The translations under genes and the position numbers were made by a program. A model generated the notes under the pieces. The model was given only the letters and a program-made list of their open reading frames with translations. It ran no database searches and was not told where the DNA came from. This document shows positions 47,321 through 61,157 of a DNA stretch of 64,000 bases, in pieces. The DNA lies in the NCBI GenBank assembly GCA_963575745.1, contig CAUYUJ010000115.1, positions 372,001-436,000 of the forward strand. Reading direction: 5' to 3'. The stretch's first letter is position 1; each line of letters begins with the position of its first letter. The DNA comes from Prorocentrum cordatum. Its lineage: Eukaryota.

Positions 47321-50300
47321 GCCATGCCACGGCATGCCATGCAATGCTAGGTTGATACAACGCTTTGCGGTGCTCTTCTACGCCATGCCATGCCGTGTTC
47401 TACAATGCATCGCGTACCCTTTCGGGGTTGCCCTGCTCGACATCCGACTGTGCGAGTAGAGAGGGGATCTACGCCATGGTAAGGGATGGGAGGGAGGGGT
47501 AGGATGTCTGATATGACGCGAGCGCACCTAGCTTGCCCTACCCCCTCCCCTGGACCTGGACGGGGAAGGCGGCGAGGCGCTGGAATGTCCAATATGGCCC
47601 AAGAAGGGCCCAAGAGGGCCCCTGAGAGCCCAACGTGAGCTCCAAGATGGTTCAAGATAGCGCACGATGCCTGAAGATGGCCCCCAAAATTTCCAAAAAC
47701 ACAAGAACGTTCCAAGTTGGCCCCACAAGGCTTCCGAAACCTCCAAGGAGGCCGCCAAGAAGTCTGAGGACAATTGATGATGCGTGCTTTGTCGCCTTTT
47801 CGCTTCCGATGGCCATCCAAGGTTCCAAGATGGCTCCAAGATGGCCCAAGAAGGCCCCATGAGAGGCCCAAGAGAGCCCCAAGACGGCCCCAAGAGCGCC
47901 CAAGAGCGCACCAACAGGCGACTTCTGGGGCTCCTGAGGGGGGGGCCAAATTGAGGCTCACCTCATTTTTGACCGATGTCCTCCAAGATGGCCGCAAGAA
48001 CGCCCCTCAAGCTTCCCAGAGCGCCCCAAGAGGGCCCCAAAAGGCGCCCGGGCGGCCCCAAGAGGCGCCCAACAGGCTCCAAGAGGCTCCCAAGAGACCC
48101 GCAAGAAGCCTCAAGAGGAACCCAAAGGCACCAAAGACGCTCAAAGACGGCCCTGGGCTCGCCAAGATGCCTCTTCTCTTCCTCTTCCTCCTCCTCCCCC
48201 TCCTTGTCCACTGTCTCTTCCTCCTTCCTCATCTTCGTCCTCCTCCTCCTTCTCCTCATCATCTTTCTCCTCCACCATCCTCCCCCTCTTGGGGTAACGC
48301 GCGGCACCCCCCGCCAGTTGCTCTTCTGCATGCTCCCCCACTTCCCTGATCACCATAACATCCCCTGGGCACCGTTTCTGGATGGGCTGGTGGGGGTACT
48401 TTTTGATCGCGACCGCGGCGAGACAGGTCGGGCGGCGCACAGGAACGAAGCGCAGATGCATCGGCCTAAGTTAGCGCACAGGAGGAGGAAGTCGAACAGA
48501 GGAAGAGGACGAGCGCGGAAGAGAAACGACCAAGCGGGGAAGGCAACCAGGAGGCGAGCCTCGCTGCCGCTCAAAAGACGGCGCGCACCTGGAAGAGCTT
48601 CCAGGCGAAGTGCATCACCAGGATAGTGAGATTCGAGGGCAGCCCCGCGTCCACGTAGAAGACCACCAAACTAGACGAGCAGCGAGACCACGACGAGACG
48701 TCGGACCGCAGAACGTAAGACAAGGCTGGTGGGGATACTTTGGTCAACAGGCTCGCGAAGCGGGCCGAAAGCCGTCCGAACATTAGTCGGGCCGCGACTA
48801 GGCAGCAGGTAAAGAAAGGCAAGCGAAGCGAGCGAGCGGGCAGCCACTCAGAAGGAGAGCCCGAACCGATACTCCCCAAACCCGGTGGCGTTGGAAATCC
48901 AGGTGGCGACTAGCAAGTAAGCGCAGCCAGAATGGCGCGGCGGCGCGACCATAAACACGCAGAGGTCGATCGCTCGGTGCAAATCAGGCAAACAGCAAAC
49001 TGCTGGTGGGGATACGCGAAGCGTCAACAGGATCTCTGGCGAGCACACACCACCGTGCACGTGCACAATGATCGCCATGCTGGGCAATCTCCGAGCCTCT
49101 GGGAAGTCCCCACCGAAGATCGGTGGAAGCCTGCGACCGCCCTCAAACAACTCATCGGGGACCTCCGAGCCTCCGAGCCCGGACACCCGACGTCGCGATT
49201 GTGAGGCCAGTTTTCTCTAGATCCCGGCGAGCTTGCTGTGTGGAGAGGGGGGGGGACGCCGCGAGGCCCAAGAGGAAGTCTGGGTTTCACGCAAGTCAAG
49301 ACTCAATTGCACGCCTTGCGGCCCAACGCCGTTTGAAGAGTCGGCGGAGGGGGACGGGAACGCCTGAGCCTACAATAAAAACGTCCCCTTTCCACAGCGC
49401 AAGACCCCGAATGTCTCCACCCCTTCCACAATACGTGCGTCAAACCCGCACCTTTTCTTGACGGTTCCAAGGCCTGGCAATGGCCCCAGAAACACGTAAA
49501 TTACCCCTAACACCGTGATTAGTTGTTTGTTCGATGTGTGGGCCCCCAGACCTCTCGAGTCCTTCCCCAGGGCCAGTTGTTCGCCCACGCTCGAAACCCG
49601 AGTCTGGATGCACAGACATTGAAACAAAAGGGCCGCCTCGATTTGTCTTGCGGCGCGGATGTCTGGGGGGGGGGTCTGCTTGGATGACCGCGGGGGCTGC
49701 CACACGGTGATATTGGGGTTATGGATGAATTACGAAGTGGGGTCGAGCTAGCCTATATGCTGAGTGGGATAGATAATTCCCCCTAGTCTGGGGGGTAGCT
49801 TTCGGGGTTAACCCTGCCATAAACGCCTTCGGGGTGTTGGATAGCTTCGCCAAGTGGGCGGATCCCCCTTTCCCCGGATCCTCTACCTCCCTGAGCCACA
49901 TACGGCACCTGTAACCCACTCCTAAGCTACTTCAGACCAAATGAAGCCCACCTCCCCCGACCACGAACGTCATGATTTCTTTGCGACGTGGGCCCCCAGA
50001 TCGACCCATGCCCTAGGACTGGTGTTTCATGCTGGGTCATTGTCTGACGGTCCAGGGGCCCGACGAAGGCCACCCGAGGCCGAACACAATAAAAAGCCTC
50101 CCGTCGTGATGTGTTCATGATCCGAGAGGTCTGGGTCAGCATCCACTTCTAGCCCTCCCCTGTCCCCTGGTGACAACCCCCGCAGTGATCCAAGTTGGAG
50201 CCTCCGAACTCCATCGAGAGAGCCTTTGGAAGGCTGCAGCGGCGGCGCTGGCCGCAGCCCCGCGGCGTCGACCGCAGCTGCACTGCCGCGGCCGCGCGGC

Positions 50301-51552
50301 CCGCCGCAGCAAGCGCAACTTGGATCGCCGCGGAGGGTGAGGAATCCTGGGCCTGGAAGCTGGTGGAAGGCTAATAGAAGCTTTGCCATGGATGCCGCGG
50401 CTGCCTTCAAAAGATAAAGAATTCTCCAGGGACTGAAGCCTCCTGGGAGCATTCCTTAACGAATCGCCCACCTTCGTATCCACTGGTAGCATATAGCCCT
50501 TCGATCCCCTTAGCGATCCCCGACGTAATCCTAGACAGGCCATTGCCGCGGTGGCCAGCGGGAGGCAGAGAGAAGCCTGAGTTCCAGAGGGGCCTTCGCC
50601 GGGCCTGGGGACCGTCAGAAAACATATCGGGATCACACGCTTGTCCTGGGGGAAGTGTCGCGGATCTCTGGGGAGGGGGACCCTCCTTGAATCACTGCGG
50701 ATGCTGTTGAAATGAGCAAGGGGGTTATAGGTGGATGCTGGGAGGTGCTGCATCTTACCTCACCTGACTTGTAATCTCATTCTAATTGAAAGGGGAATCG
50801 GCATCTCCGCAAATTGGTGGGCGGAGTCCACTTAGACCCGACTACTACCCCCCTTGATCCCATGGTAGGTCGAGGAGGAACGAGGAACGAGGTTCGAGGC
50901 GTCTTGGCTGCAATTTGGCTCGGCCGACATGTGTACACAATCTTTGGCACGATGAGCAACAGCAGACGGTGCCCAAAACTGACAGCGGCCGCGGTTGGGT
51001 GGGCGACTGTTTGCCCCGAGCGGACCGCGCCCGTGGCGACACCGATAGCCCCCCCCTCCCATCCCCTCAAAGTGGGCAGGGACTGCTGTCGGTCTTCGCT
51101 CCCCCGTGCCAATTCCCGGAGCCTGATGTTGCAGCCCGTTCACACCAGGCGTTGTCGCCCCAACTCGGGACCGCGGGCCCGTCGCGGAACTCAGCGGGCT
51201 CGAGACACGCCTCAAAAAACCGAGCTCCGAGGCTGCGGCCGTGCTCTGCGACGACAACATGCACACGCCGTCGGATCCCAAGGCTCCCAAGAACCCAACC
51301 CACTGCTTCTGTCGGCACAACCTCCAGAAGTCCCGACCCTTTTCGCCGGGACGGCTCTTCATCCCGAGTCGTTCTCTGACGGCCCCAGGGCCCGGCGAGC
51401 GCCCCCGGGGAGCCCGACAACAGGCATTAAACCTCCACAGTGCTCCGAACACTCCTGTGGTGCTGGGTCCTCGTTTTGAAAAGACAGCGCCCCGCATCTC
51501 ACCTCCTCCCGCCCTCCTCCCTCCGCCCATCCGTGCCTCTGCCTTCGCGTGC

Positions 51553-52050
51553 CCCAGTTTCGGCACACCCCTCACGAGGATCGTGGCCTCACGAGGGGAG
51601 CTCCACCGACGACCTCAGAGGCTATGCTCGCATGGCGGCACCGCGCCAGTTTCGGCACACCCCTCACGAGGACCGTGGTCCGATGGGGAGCTCCACCGAC
51701 GGCTCCAGCAACTGCGTTCGCACGGCGGCACCGCGCCCATTTCGGCACGTCCTTCACGAGAAGCGTGGCCCCATGGGGAGCTCCACCGACGGCCCAAGTG
51801 GCTGCGTTCGCATGGTGGCACCACACCCATTTCGACACACCCTTCACAAGGATCGCGTCCCCATAAAGGGGCTCCACTGACGGCCCCAGTAGCTGGGTTC
51901 GCACGGCGGCACCGCGCCCATTTCGGCACACCCCTCACGAGGATCGTGGCCCCATAGGGACACACCGAAGGCCCCAGCGAATGCGTTCGCATGGCGGCAC
52001 CGCGCCGATTTCGGCATACCCCTCACGAGGATCGTGACCCAACTGAGAGC
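51553..52050. repeat. 90-bp minisatellite, about 5.5 copies
   Basis: TTTCGGCACACCCCTCACGAGGATCGTGGCC recurs at ~51558, 51649, 51740, 51830, 51921 and 52009; a solo fragment lies at ~63795. Confidence 0.92.
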
Positions 52051-53340
52051 TCCACGGAAGCCAATACCCTCAACGCGGTACTCACAACTGCATATGGTTG
52101 GGCATTTCGCCAGGACAACTCTTTTGTCTAATGCGCTGGAGGTCTGTATGGGTGACCCAAAAAGGGGTCCAGCTGAAACGGGGTGGTGCACTAATTGAAT
52201 TTGGGGCAATTGTCTTTCAAATGTATTACGCCGGAGAATTGTACTGCATTGCGTTACCTTGCGACGAATGCACTGCACGCGAAAATCCTGTGATACATCT
52301 GCGCACCGGAATGTCTTGCGCGCCCCAAGTCTGTCGCAACCCCACGGTTCTCTTGCACCAGATCTGTCGCAAGACCCTCTTTTCGATGGACCCTCTTCTG
52401 GGCCGACCAGCTCCGCCCGGACAGACCTTCTGCTCCAAGCACTGGAGGTCTCGGGGGATCCGGCGGTCTTCGCGTCACGGCTGGGGCCTCCGGCGGCCGT
52501 CCGGGGCGACGCCCCCAAAACGCTCCACGGCGAGGCTTTACATGCCCCAGAGGTCACGGCCCTTTCCCCAGGCCCAGAAGTTGACACCAGCACCAATATC
52601 GGCGGTGTGCCTCCACCGAGGGAAGAAGATCCCGATCTCGATGATGGTGCAAATACTCAGGCTTCCAAGGTGACCGAAATATTACCACCAACACCGACAT
52701 CTAGGATCATCTTCCCCCTGTGGAGGCAAACCCCTGTGTTGGTGTTAGTGCCCATTTCCAGGCCTCCAACCTTTTTTTAGGGGTTGAGGAGGGCCTGACT
52801 GTTCCTTTAGGCCTACCACGAAATTTTCTTTGAACCCAAAAATGCTCTAAAACAGAAACCAGGACCTTATGCCATAAACCGCTAAAACAAGACAGCCTCA
52901 GTCAGAAATGTTCTGAGAACCTCTCGCGCAGACTACAACAAGTTCTTAGAACACTCTGGTGGGCCTACGGGCAACTTAAGCCAGGACGCTTCGCCACTGT
53001 TCGAGGGCCCGGTGCTGTTGGCCCCGGATGCATTCTGGACGGCCCCGGGGGCAGGCAGCCGGCTCCGAGGGCCGACGCCGAGGACAGAAACGCCTGCTTT
53101 GGCCAAAACACGTCACCATCGCCCAAGCGTCTGCTGACACTCTGGAGTTTACACTCGCATCTGCACCCCCGCCCTGCTGCATCTAGTCCCGAAACCATGC
53201 CGTGCGAGACTACAGGTGGCCGGAGCGTCAACTCCGCAGCGGCAAGAGGGCGTGCAGGCGTCCTTGTCCAAGGTCGGTCTCCAGAGCCCTCCTATGGGGT
53301 CCCCTTTGGCCTGCTTTTCGAGGCGGATCCCGCCGTGGCG

Positions 53341-53469
53341 TTTAAGTCGGGCGTGTCCTCCTACAGGCGGATTCTTGACGAACAATAAACAAAATACCCC
53401 CAACATGCCAAACTATAGCCAAAAACAGACAAAACATTCGCCCCCTGAAATTGGACAGGCCTGACTCGA
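53341..53469. mobile_element. MITE with perfect 8-bp TSD (hAT-like)
   Basis: Same TIR family as 11089; TSD CCGTGGCG at 53333-53340 and 53470-53477. Confidence 0.8.
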
Positions 53470-55518
53470 CCGTGGCGCCGAGGAGCCTCCAAAATATGCT
53501 CCAAAAAACGACGAACCGCCACAAAGAGAGCCAGGGCCGCAACCGACCGAAAGACACACACGGCTTGCCTGTTTCAATGCGTTGAATTCAAACCTGCGAC
53601 GTCGTGATTCCTGGATAGCTCCTTGGAGAACTAAGAGGGTTTCGGATTAAGAAGCCAGCGCCGAAGGGTAGCCCCGGAAGTCGTCCCGGCGGCGGTCGGA
53701 TCCAGGCTCCCCGGCGCGCCTTGCTTGAGCTGGCGGCGTGTTCCGGCAGGCCTCTTCTCAGCGTTGAACCCAAACATGACGCGGCTCCCAAAAGCCCGGA
53801 CCCATTCCCTGGGACCGGCTTCTCATGCTGACTCGTGTTTTGACGGCCTCGAGGCCCGTTGAGGGCCCCCAGAAGCCGAAACTGGTGAAAAACCTCCCGT
53901 CGTGGTGTTTGTTTTTTTCCACAGCGCGAGGGGATCTGGGAAGTCTCGGCACATCGTCGGCGATCTCGGCTTGGCCGTCGGTGGCCGAGAGGCCGGGCGG
54001 GGGGCGGCGTGGCCGTCAGCGCCAGCATGCCGCCGGGCTGCGGGGGTGCCTCGCCCGCCTCCTTCTCGGCCTGAGGGGGGCGCGGGCGGCCACGAGGGGG
54101 GCGTCCACGAGGGGGGCGGGGCGCAAATCATGGCCGGCGGCACGTGCGCGGCCCGAGGTGGGGCCAGGGACGTAATGAAGGAAAAAGAAGCAGAAGCAGA
54201 AGAAGAAGAAGAAGAGGCGCCATGAAACCAAGGAAATATCATGGCCCACGCCATGAGATCCACCCCCCCAGTCATCACCCCCCTCCTTGCCGCCCCCGAA
54301 GGGGGGCGGGGGGGGGATCGCGGGCGGCCCTCCCGGGCAAGCAGGACGAAGGCCAGGCCAGACGGCCCTCACGCCCAGGAAGAGTCACGGCAGGAGGCGT
54401 GCCCCCACCGGGGTGAGAGAAGCATTCCTACACTTCCGGTAACAGCCGTTACCCGGGGGGGGGGAGCGCCTGGACCCGATTCGCGGGGGGCCGAAGTTTT
54501 CTCATCGCTGGGGGGAGTTACGAATCGAAGCTGCTATCTTCTTACCATCCCCACGGGCTTATTTCTCGGAGGCACAGGGTTACCCTCTTGCCATGTCACT
54601 TCGGATGAAATAACTCTGGGATGCCTGAAAACTGGCGGGTCTGAAGGATATGTCAAGCGCCGCGGCAGTTCCAGAGCAAGACAATGCTAGGACGAGGACA
54701 AATTCTGTTTAAGATACAATCAGAGTCTCTGAGATCCACCGGCCCGGATGTATCGGGAGCCGCGGCCTTCTCAGAGCGTTCCGGGGCGCTCTGAGAGCGT
54801 TCCAGAACGCTCTGGAACGGACGCATCCTCGTCCTAGCCCCGTTCGGCTGATAGCGCTTCGGATCGCTCTGTGACGAGATCTCTTCACCCTCGGCCTGAC
54901 GGAGTGCAGCGAGAAGATCATGCCGGAAACGGATCCTGGACCCTGGGGCCTTCCCTGGGGCCATCGCTCTTCATCCTGCGGCGTCGTCTATGGACGATGC
55001 CGGGGCCTGGAAGGGGCCCCGGAAGCCCGAAATCCAGGACGAATCTTCAGAGTCGCTTTCCTCCCAAACCGCTCTGATCCATGCTGACTCTCAGACCAAC
55101 TGAGGCTGAGACCGTCAAACATCCGTCCAGGATGAAAGACACTCCAAGGCCGCGCTGACGGCTCGCTTGGTTAACGGTGCGATTGGGAATACTGTTTTTT
55201 TTGTGACACCGACCTCACCCCAAACTAAATGTAGGAAATCACGAAACACCCTTTCCTCCATTAAAAAAACGCGAATGTTTCGAACGAACAAAACACAGCG
55301 GGAACACACGAACCACACGTTCCTACAACTGGTTTGGCCACGAACCGCGCCTGCCTTCAATTGGTTCTCCTACTCCGCCGTTAGCTAACACACCGCTAGC
55401 GCGTCACTTCCCTGGGGAGGGGTCGAACGATCCAGGGGCCCGCGTCACGCAAGAAGTTCCCCAAATGGAGCGAGCCGATCACGGCCATGCCCAACCAATC
55501 CCAAGGTGGGTTCGTATA

Positions 55519-55729
55519 CTCCAAATCCGTTATTAATCGACCCCCCTACAAAACCGAACCCCACTCCGAATGCGACCATATATTCCGGCCCCCCCTCTTG
55601 CGCCTAAATACACCGGACCCCCTAAGCTCCAATCCAATGAAAGCGCCCCGATGCACCGGACCCCCCCAATTACAAAAAAAGGCGCCCTACAAAACCGGAC
55701 CGGGGGGACGATTAATAAGGGAGTTGGAG
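55519..55729. mobile_element. Stowaway/Tc1-mariner-like MITE
   Basis: TA on both sides; 28-bp TIR CTCCAAMTCCSTTATTAATCGWCCCCCC with 3 mismatches. Confidence 0.8.
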
Positions 55730-56063
55730 TACCTCCCTGGCTAGAAGGCGCGTGCACAGATCCTGGGATGAGGATGGGCCTGGCCAAGATCGGTGTGTGT
55801 GTGTGTGCGTGTGTGATGAGCTCCCGTGTTCTGGGAGGACGGGGGACGGGGGTGGCCGAACATCCCGACTCCTCCTTCCAGCTGCTCCTGTGCGTGACAG
55901 TTACGCCGCGTACCACATTAAAGGGGCCCACGGACACACAAATACACACGCACGAATCCAAGGATTCCGGCACATATTGCTGTATTTTCTGGCCGCTCGT
56001 CCTCCCCGACTACTTCCCCGTCTTAAATCTCCCGGGACATCGACGATTGTTTGTGTCCGTGTG

Positions 56064-56094
<31 letters not shown>

Positions 56095-56891
56095 CCGTGT
56101 GTATTGGCTTCCCCTCCTGACTGCCTGCATGCCCGGAGCAGTCGATCCTGCAAGACGCATCTCAAAATAATAGATGCGTTTAGATGCGATCGCGCCCAAG
56201 TGCAGGCGAGAAGCCCATCGTATCTATTTTTCTGCACCGACGACAATGAGAGCGCCGTCGTATCTAAACGTATATATGTTTCGGCCATGTCTAAACAAAT
56301 GGGACCGTATCTATTTTTCTTACAGCAAACATATCTCTTGTATCTGTTTTGAGCAATGACAGCGCCGAGCCGTATCTATTCGTATCTAATTTCTGCCAGA
56401 AAGAATGTTGTTGGCTGTGCTCTCGGCGCGAACAAGATCCACGAAATTGGCCGAAGCAATGAACAACGGGATTGGGATACACATTGTTCATTGAAAATTC
56501 GTCTCGCGGGCAAACCCCGAAATAACACGCATACTTCTCACGCTTCTAATTCTTCCCGGAAGTAGAAGTGAGCGGCTTCAGAAGTGGCAGTCCCTGCGAA
56601 ACACGAAAATGTATGGCTCTCTTTTTGTTACCTCCGACTGGACTCCAACTCCCGTCTCCCGACGTCGTGCGTCCGTGTCGTGCGTCCGTCGAAGGTGAAG
56701 GAATATTTCCGAATATCTTCAAGGGCTCCCAGCTTCGCGCTTCGCGCCGCGCGAAGCGCGAAGTGCGAATAACTTCGCGCTCTCGCGCCGCCTCCAAGGG
56801 GAGAAGAGGAGGATGAGGAGGAATCGGAGCCGAACCGCGAAGCGCGAAGCGCGAATAACTTCGCGCCCTCGAGGGCGCCCTTGATCTTGGG

Positions 56892-57112
56892 AACCCCCAA
56901 ACCAGGTGGTGAGATACCAGGTGGCGACCTGGAATCCCCAAAAAGGTCACCGCTGGGTTTGGGGACGCGGGGTCACCACCGGGTTCTGTGACTCCTGGAC
57001 CCACCAGTGTCCGGGACATCCTCGGAAAACCGCACGAGTCCCCAAACCGGGTGGTGACACCAGATCGCCCGAGACTCACCGCCAGGTGTTGTCACCACCA
57101 CGTTTGGGGACT
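56892..57112. mobile_element. MITE-like inverted repeat
   Basis: CCCCAAAC..GGTGGTGA..ACC.GG.GG termini in inverted orientation. Confidence 0.55.
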
Positions 57113-60100
57113 ACTAAATATCTAAACAATAACTATTGTAAATATTCCTTCCGGTGATGTTAACCACGGGTGTACATGCATGTCTGACTGGATGTTTGCA
57201 CTGCTGTCTTCCTTGTGCCTCGACCTCTGGTTCTCTGTTCCGGCCGTGCGTTTGCGCCCCTGCCCGTGCAATTTTCCGGAGATAGAGCTACGTACCGGGA
57301 TTGTCGGGATTCTTCCGGCAGGACTTAATCTATGCACTGTTTGGATGTGCCAGGAAGTATGGTATCGCTCACCTTAAATATTGTCGTGCACGTTCCGTGT
57401 GTGTGTGTGTGTGTGTTTGTTTCTTCTCGTTGAGGCTCACATACAGCTTTTCGTCATCGTAATTAACAGTTGTCGCCCCCATAATTATTATGTTTCTAAT
57501 TCTTCGCATTATTAGATTTGAGCGGTTTTAGACATGAGCGGTTTTAGAAATGAACCATGTGAAGCCGTAGCGAAGAGGAGTGAGGACACGGCCGACGACG
57601 ACAAAACCGACGAGGAGTAGGATGGATAACAACGACGAAACGGAATTTAGGAGAGAACTGGGTCGGAACAGGGAACCGTAGGATGGGGAAAGCAAAAAGG
57701 AGGAGGACGAGGAGAAGGAGGAGGAGAAGGAGGAGGAGGGACGATGAGCGCGGACGAGGAGGAGGAGGATGAGGACGCGCGGCGAGGAGGCAAGAGGAGC
57801 GAGGTAAAGTTGGAGGGAGCGTCAGAAGGAGAACGTGGAGGAGGGGGCGTCCGGACGGGGATGAAGTCGATCAACGATCGTCCTCCTCGTCCTCATGACA
57901 GTTCGGCCCGCCCGCCGTCCATGATTTCCCACTTCACTTCCTCCTCCTCCTTCTCCTCCTCTTCCCCATCATCATCGTCGTCCTGACTGGCATGTGTATT
58001 GTCTTCCCCGTTCGTGGTAATTGGGCGGCCTGGGCCTGGCTGTGGAGACGTGGCGCCGTATCTATTCGTATCTATTTTTGGTAGACATGTTTTCAAGCGA
58101 TGGGGCCATATCGAACCGTATCTAAACATGTCTAAACATATCTTTTCGTATATGAAAATGCCCCGTATCTAAATGTTGAAGAAAACCTACATCCCGCGTC
58201 TACAACAATAAGAATTCGTATCTGAACGTATCTGTGTTTGAAAATATCTATTCGCATCTAATTTTCATGAAACGCATATGATTCAGGGAAGGATTTTAGA
58301 TACCATCGGGTCCTTCCGAATGCAGCTGCCGCTGGGGAAATGAGCGACCAACATAAAACATAAACCTTGAGGTGTGTCCCCCAGCCCCGGGGGCCGACGC
58401 CCGGGCCGGGGACACCCGAGCTGGCCGCGCGCGCGGAGCGCTGGGCCCACCTCCGGGGAGGGTGCCCCGCGTGCCGGCGGGACATCGCACGCCGTCGGCC
58501 CGCGTTTATCGTCAGCGGCGAGGCGGCGACATCCGCGCCAGCGAACAGCTACGTATAGCCAGAGGCGACGATAGGGGCGAGTAGCCCAGGGGAGAGCAAT
58601 ACATGCATTCAGGTGCGCCCATAGATGTCTTCGAAAAGGCTCCCGAGCGAATACGTATAATGCCCGCCCCTGGGCTACTCGCCCGTATCGTCGCCGCCGA
58701 TGTAGGGGCACTAACTAGCGAATTGGCCAGCGTGCAAGGAGGGAGGGGGGAGGCGGAGAGGAAGCAGGGTCGCTCAGACGCCGAAGAATTCGACGATGAG
58801 CAGCCAGCGGGCAGACGCTGTCGGCCCACACTAGAGGGCAAAAAAAACAAAAAAACATCCCGACAAGCGACGCCGCCTAGTAAGCGCACCCAGAGAAGGA
58901 ATCGAGCAGGGCAGGGCCGTTTAGGAAACGCCAATTGTCCGGTCCGGGTGGTTTTCCTCCCTTGACACACATCCCCAGGCCAGAGGCCCGACCCGCAGAG
59001 AGGCCCCCCGCCCCCAAGAGCCCGAGATCGCCGGCACGACGCGCGCCCGCGACCCCGCGGCCTCGCGGCGCGGGCCCTCTACGCGGAGGAGGCCGCCTCC
59101 TTTTCCTCCCCCTCCTCCTCCTCCTCCTCCTCCTCTCCTCCTCCTCCTCCTCCTCCTCCTCCTCCTCCTCTCCTCCTCCTCACTGTCTCCCCTCCTCCTC
59201 CTCCTCCCCCCTCCTCCTCCTCCCTCCTCCTCCTCCTCCTCCCTCCCTCCTCCTCCTCGTCTCCTCCTCCTCCTCCTCCTCCTCCTCCTCCTCCTCCTCC
59301 TCCTCCTCCCCCATCCTCGTCCCACTCCTCGGGCCGAAGGGGGGGGGGGGGGCATAGCTCTGCGCGGGCCCGGGCCCCCCCTCTGCAAAGGCGGTGGCGC
59401 CTCCGTGGCCCTGCGCCCTGGGCGTCCAGAACGCGCGAGGTCGTGGCTGGGGCGTAAAGTGGTGTGGGGGGGGGGGGCGATGCATCGGGGGGGGGAAAGG
59501 GCTTGCCCTCTTCGGGCCTGGAAGGGGCCCTCTCCGGGGCGTGGAGTATCGGGCGTTGGCAGAACTGGCTTTAGTGGGACCTGTTTTAGAAGGTTTAGTG
59601 ATGTGTGCTGGGGGACGCCCCCCCCCCGCCCCGTTCCACTGACCGGAACTGCCGTCACCGGAAAAAACACGAGCTACGGCCGGCAGAATTTTTTTAGTGA
59701 TTCTGGCTAATTCAGGGGCTCCACTGCACTGTGCGAGGCGCGGGGGCGGCGGCGCCAGCGTCGCCCAGTGCAGAGCGGCGGGCGCGGGCTCGGCGGGCCA
59801 TGGCGCGGCGGCGGGCGCCAGCCCGCGACGAGCGCGGCGCCGGGTGGCGGAGCGCAGGGCCTCAGACCACAAAACCTGGGGCCTCGCCGCCGCCGCCCGC
59901 ACTATACGGGTCCCCTTAACTGGGGGGGGTCCTGGCCATATCCGAAAGTAGTGTGTGGGGGGGGCGATGCATCGGGGGGGGGGAAACGAGTTGCCCTCCT
60001 CGGGCCCGGGAGGGGCCCTCTCTGGGCCGCTCTCTGCAGCCCTCGCTGTCCCCTCGTTTGTCGCACCCCCCATGGCGCGTCCTCCAAGCGGATGTGGCCA

Positions 60101-61079
60101 CGTTCGCCGCCGGCGGCGAGAGTGCCAGAAGTGCCAGGAGCGTCCCCGCGAAGAAACCTCCGAGGGGTCCCGAAAAAAGAGGCCGCCGAGAGTCCCTCCT
60201 CGCCCCCGAGGGCCGCCGGCCGCTGAAAGCCCTCCTCCCTCGGATGCCCAAGATCCGATGCATCTTTTTCATTGCGGTCCCACTGAAGTCCCGACCGTTT
60301 CCCTGGGGCAGGCGCTTCACCCAGAGTCGTCTTGAGGGCGTTTTTTGTTCTGCAGACCTTGCCTTGCATCTCCCCCCTTCGCCGCCTTTTCAAACAGCGC
60401 TGCGCCGAAGAGTCGTGCAAGTGCGTCCCGACTTGTTTGAAGTGTACATTTCCTTTCGGGCCTCGCCACGCCTCCATCTCCTCCCTCCTCCACATAAGTA
60501 ATGCCAGAGCCCAGGGCAACCAGGACGAAAAGGAGGGAGGAGGAGAGAGAAACGCCAGCACGCAACGGGGCGGTCCTCGTTCGGGAGCCAGGGAAGTGCC
60601 CTGGACATCGCAGATGGTGATGAACAAGGTGGAGGAGGAGAAGGAGGAGGAGAAGGCGAGCATTGCCGAATCGACGCGAACTTGTCCGCAGTCCTGAGTC
60701 CTGAGTAGGAAGAAGAGGAGGAGGAGGAGCAGGAGGAGGAGGAAGAGGAGGAGCAGCAGGAGGAGGAATAGAGAGGACGAGGAAGAAAGATGAGCAGGAC
60801 ACAAGTCCACAGTCTTGCGTGTCGAGTCTCCAGGTGGAGGATGGGGGGGGAGAACGAGGAGGAGGAGGGAGGAGGACGAGGAGGGAGGGGGAGGAGGAGG
60901 AGGAGGAGGAGGAGGAGGAGGAGGAGGAGGAGGAGGTGTGGAGGAGGAGGAGGAGGAGGAGGAGGAGGAGGAGGAGGAGGAGGAGGAGGAGGAGGAGGAG
61001 GAGGAGGAGGAGGAGGAGGAGGACCCCCCCCCCGAAGAGTCCGCGGCTCGCGCGGGCGCCGTGGGGCCTCCGCGCGCGC

Positions 61080-61157
61080 CTGCGCCTCCACCTGCGCGGC
61101 CGACGCCTTCACGGCCAGCTGGGAGAAGACCACGGGATCCGGCAGGCCCTCGCGGAC
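61080..61157 (-). CDS. Orphan exon of an unidentified gene (VREGLPDPVVFSQLAVKASAAQVEAQ)
   Basis: 78 nt, 25 of 26 third positions G/C, GAG|G acceptor, CAG|GC donor; may continue at 59860 (ALRSATRRR...). Confidence 0.5.
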
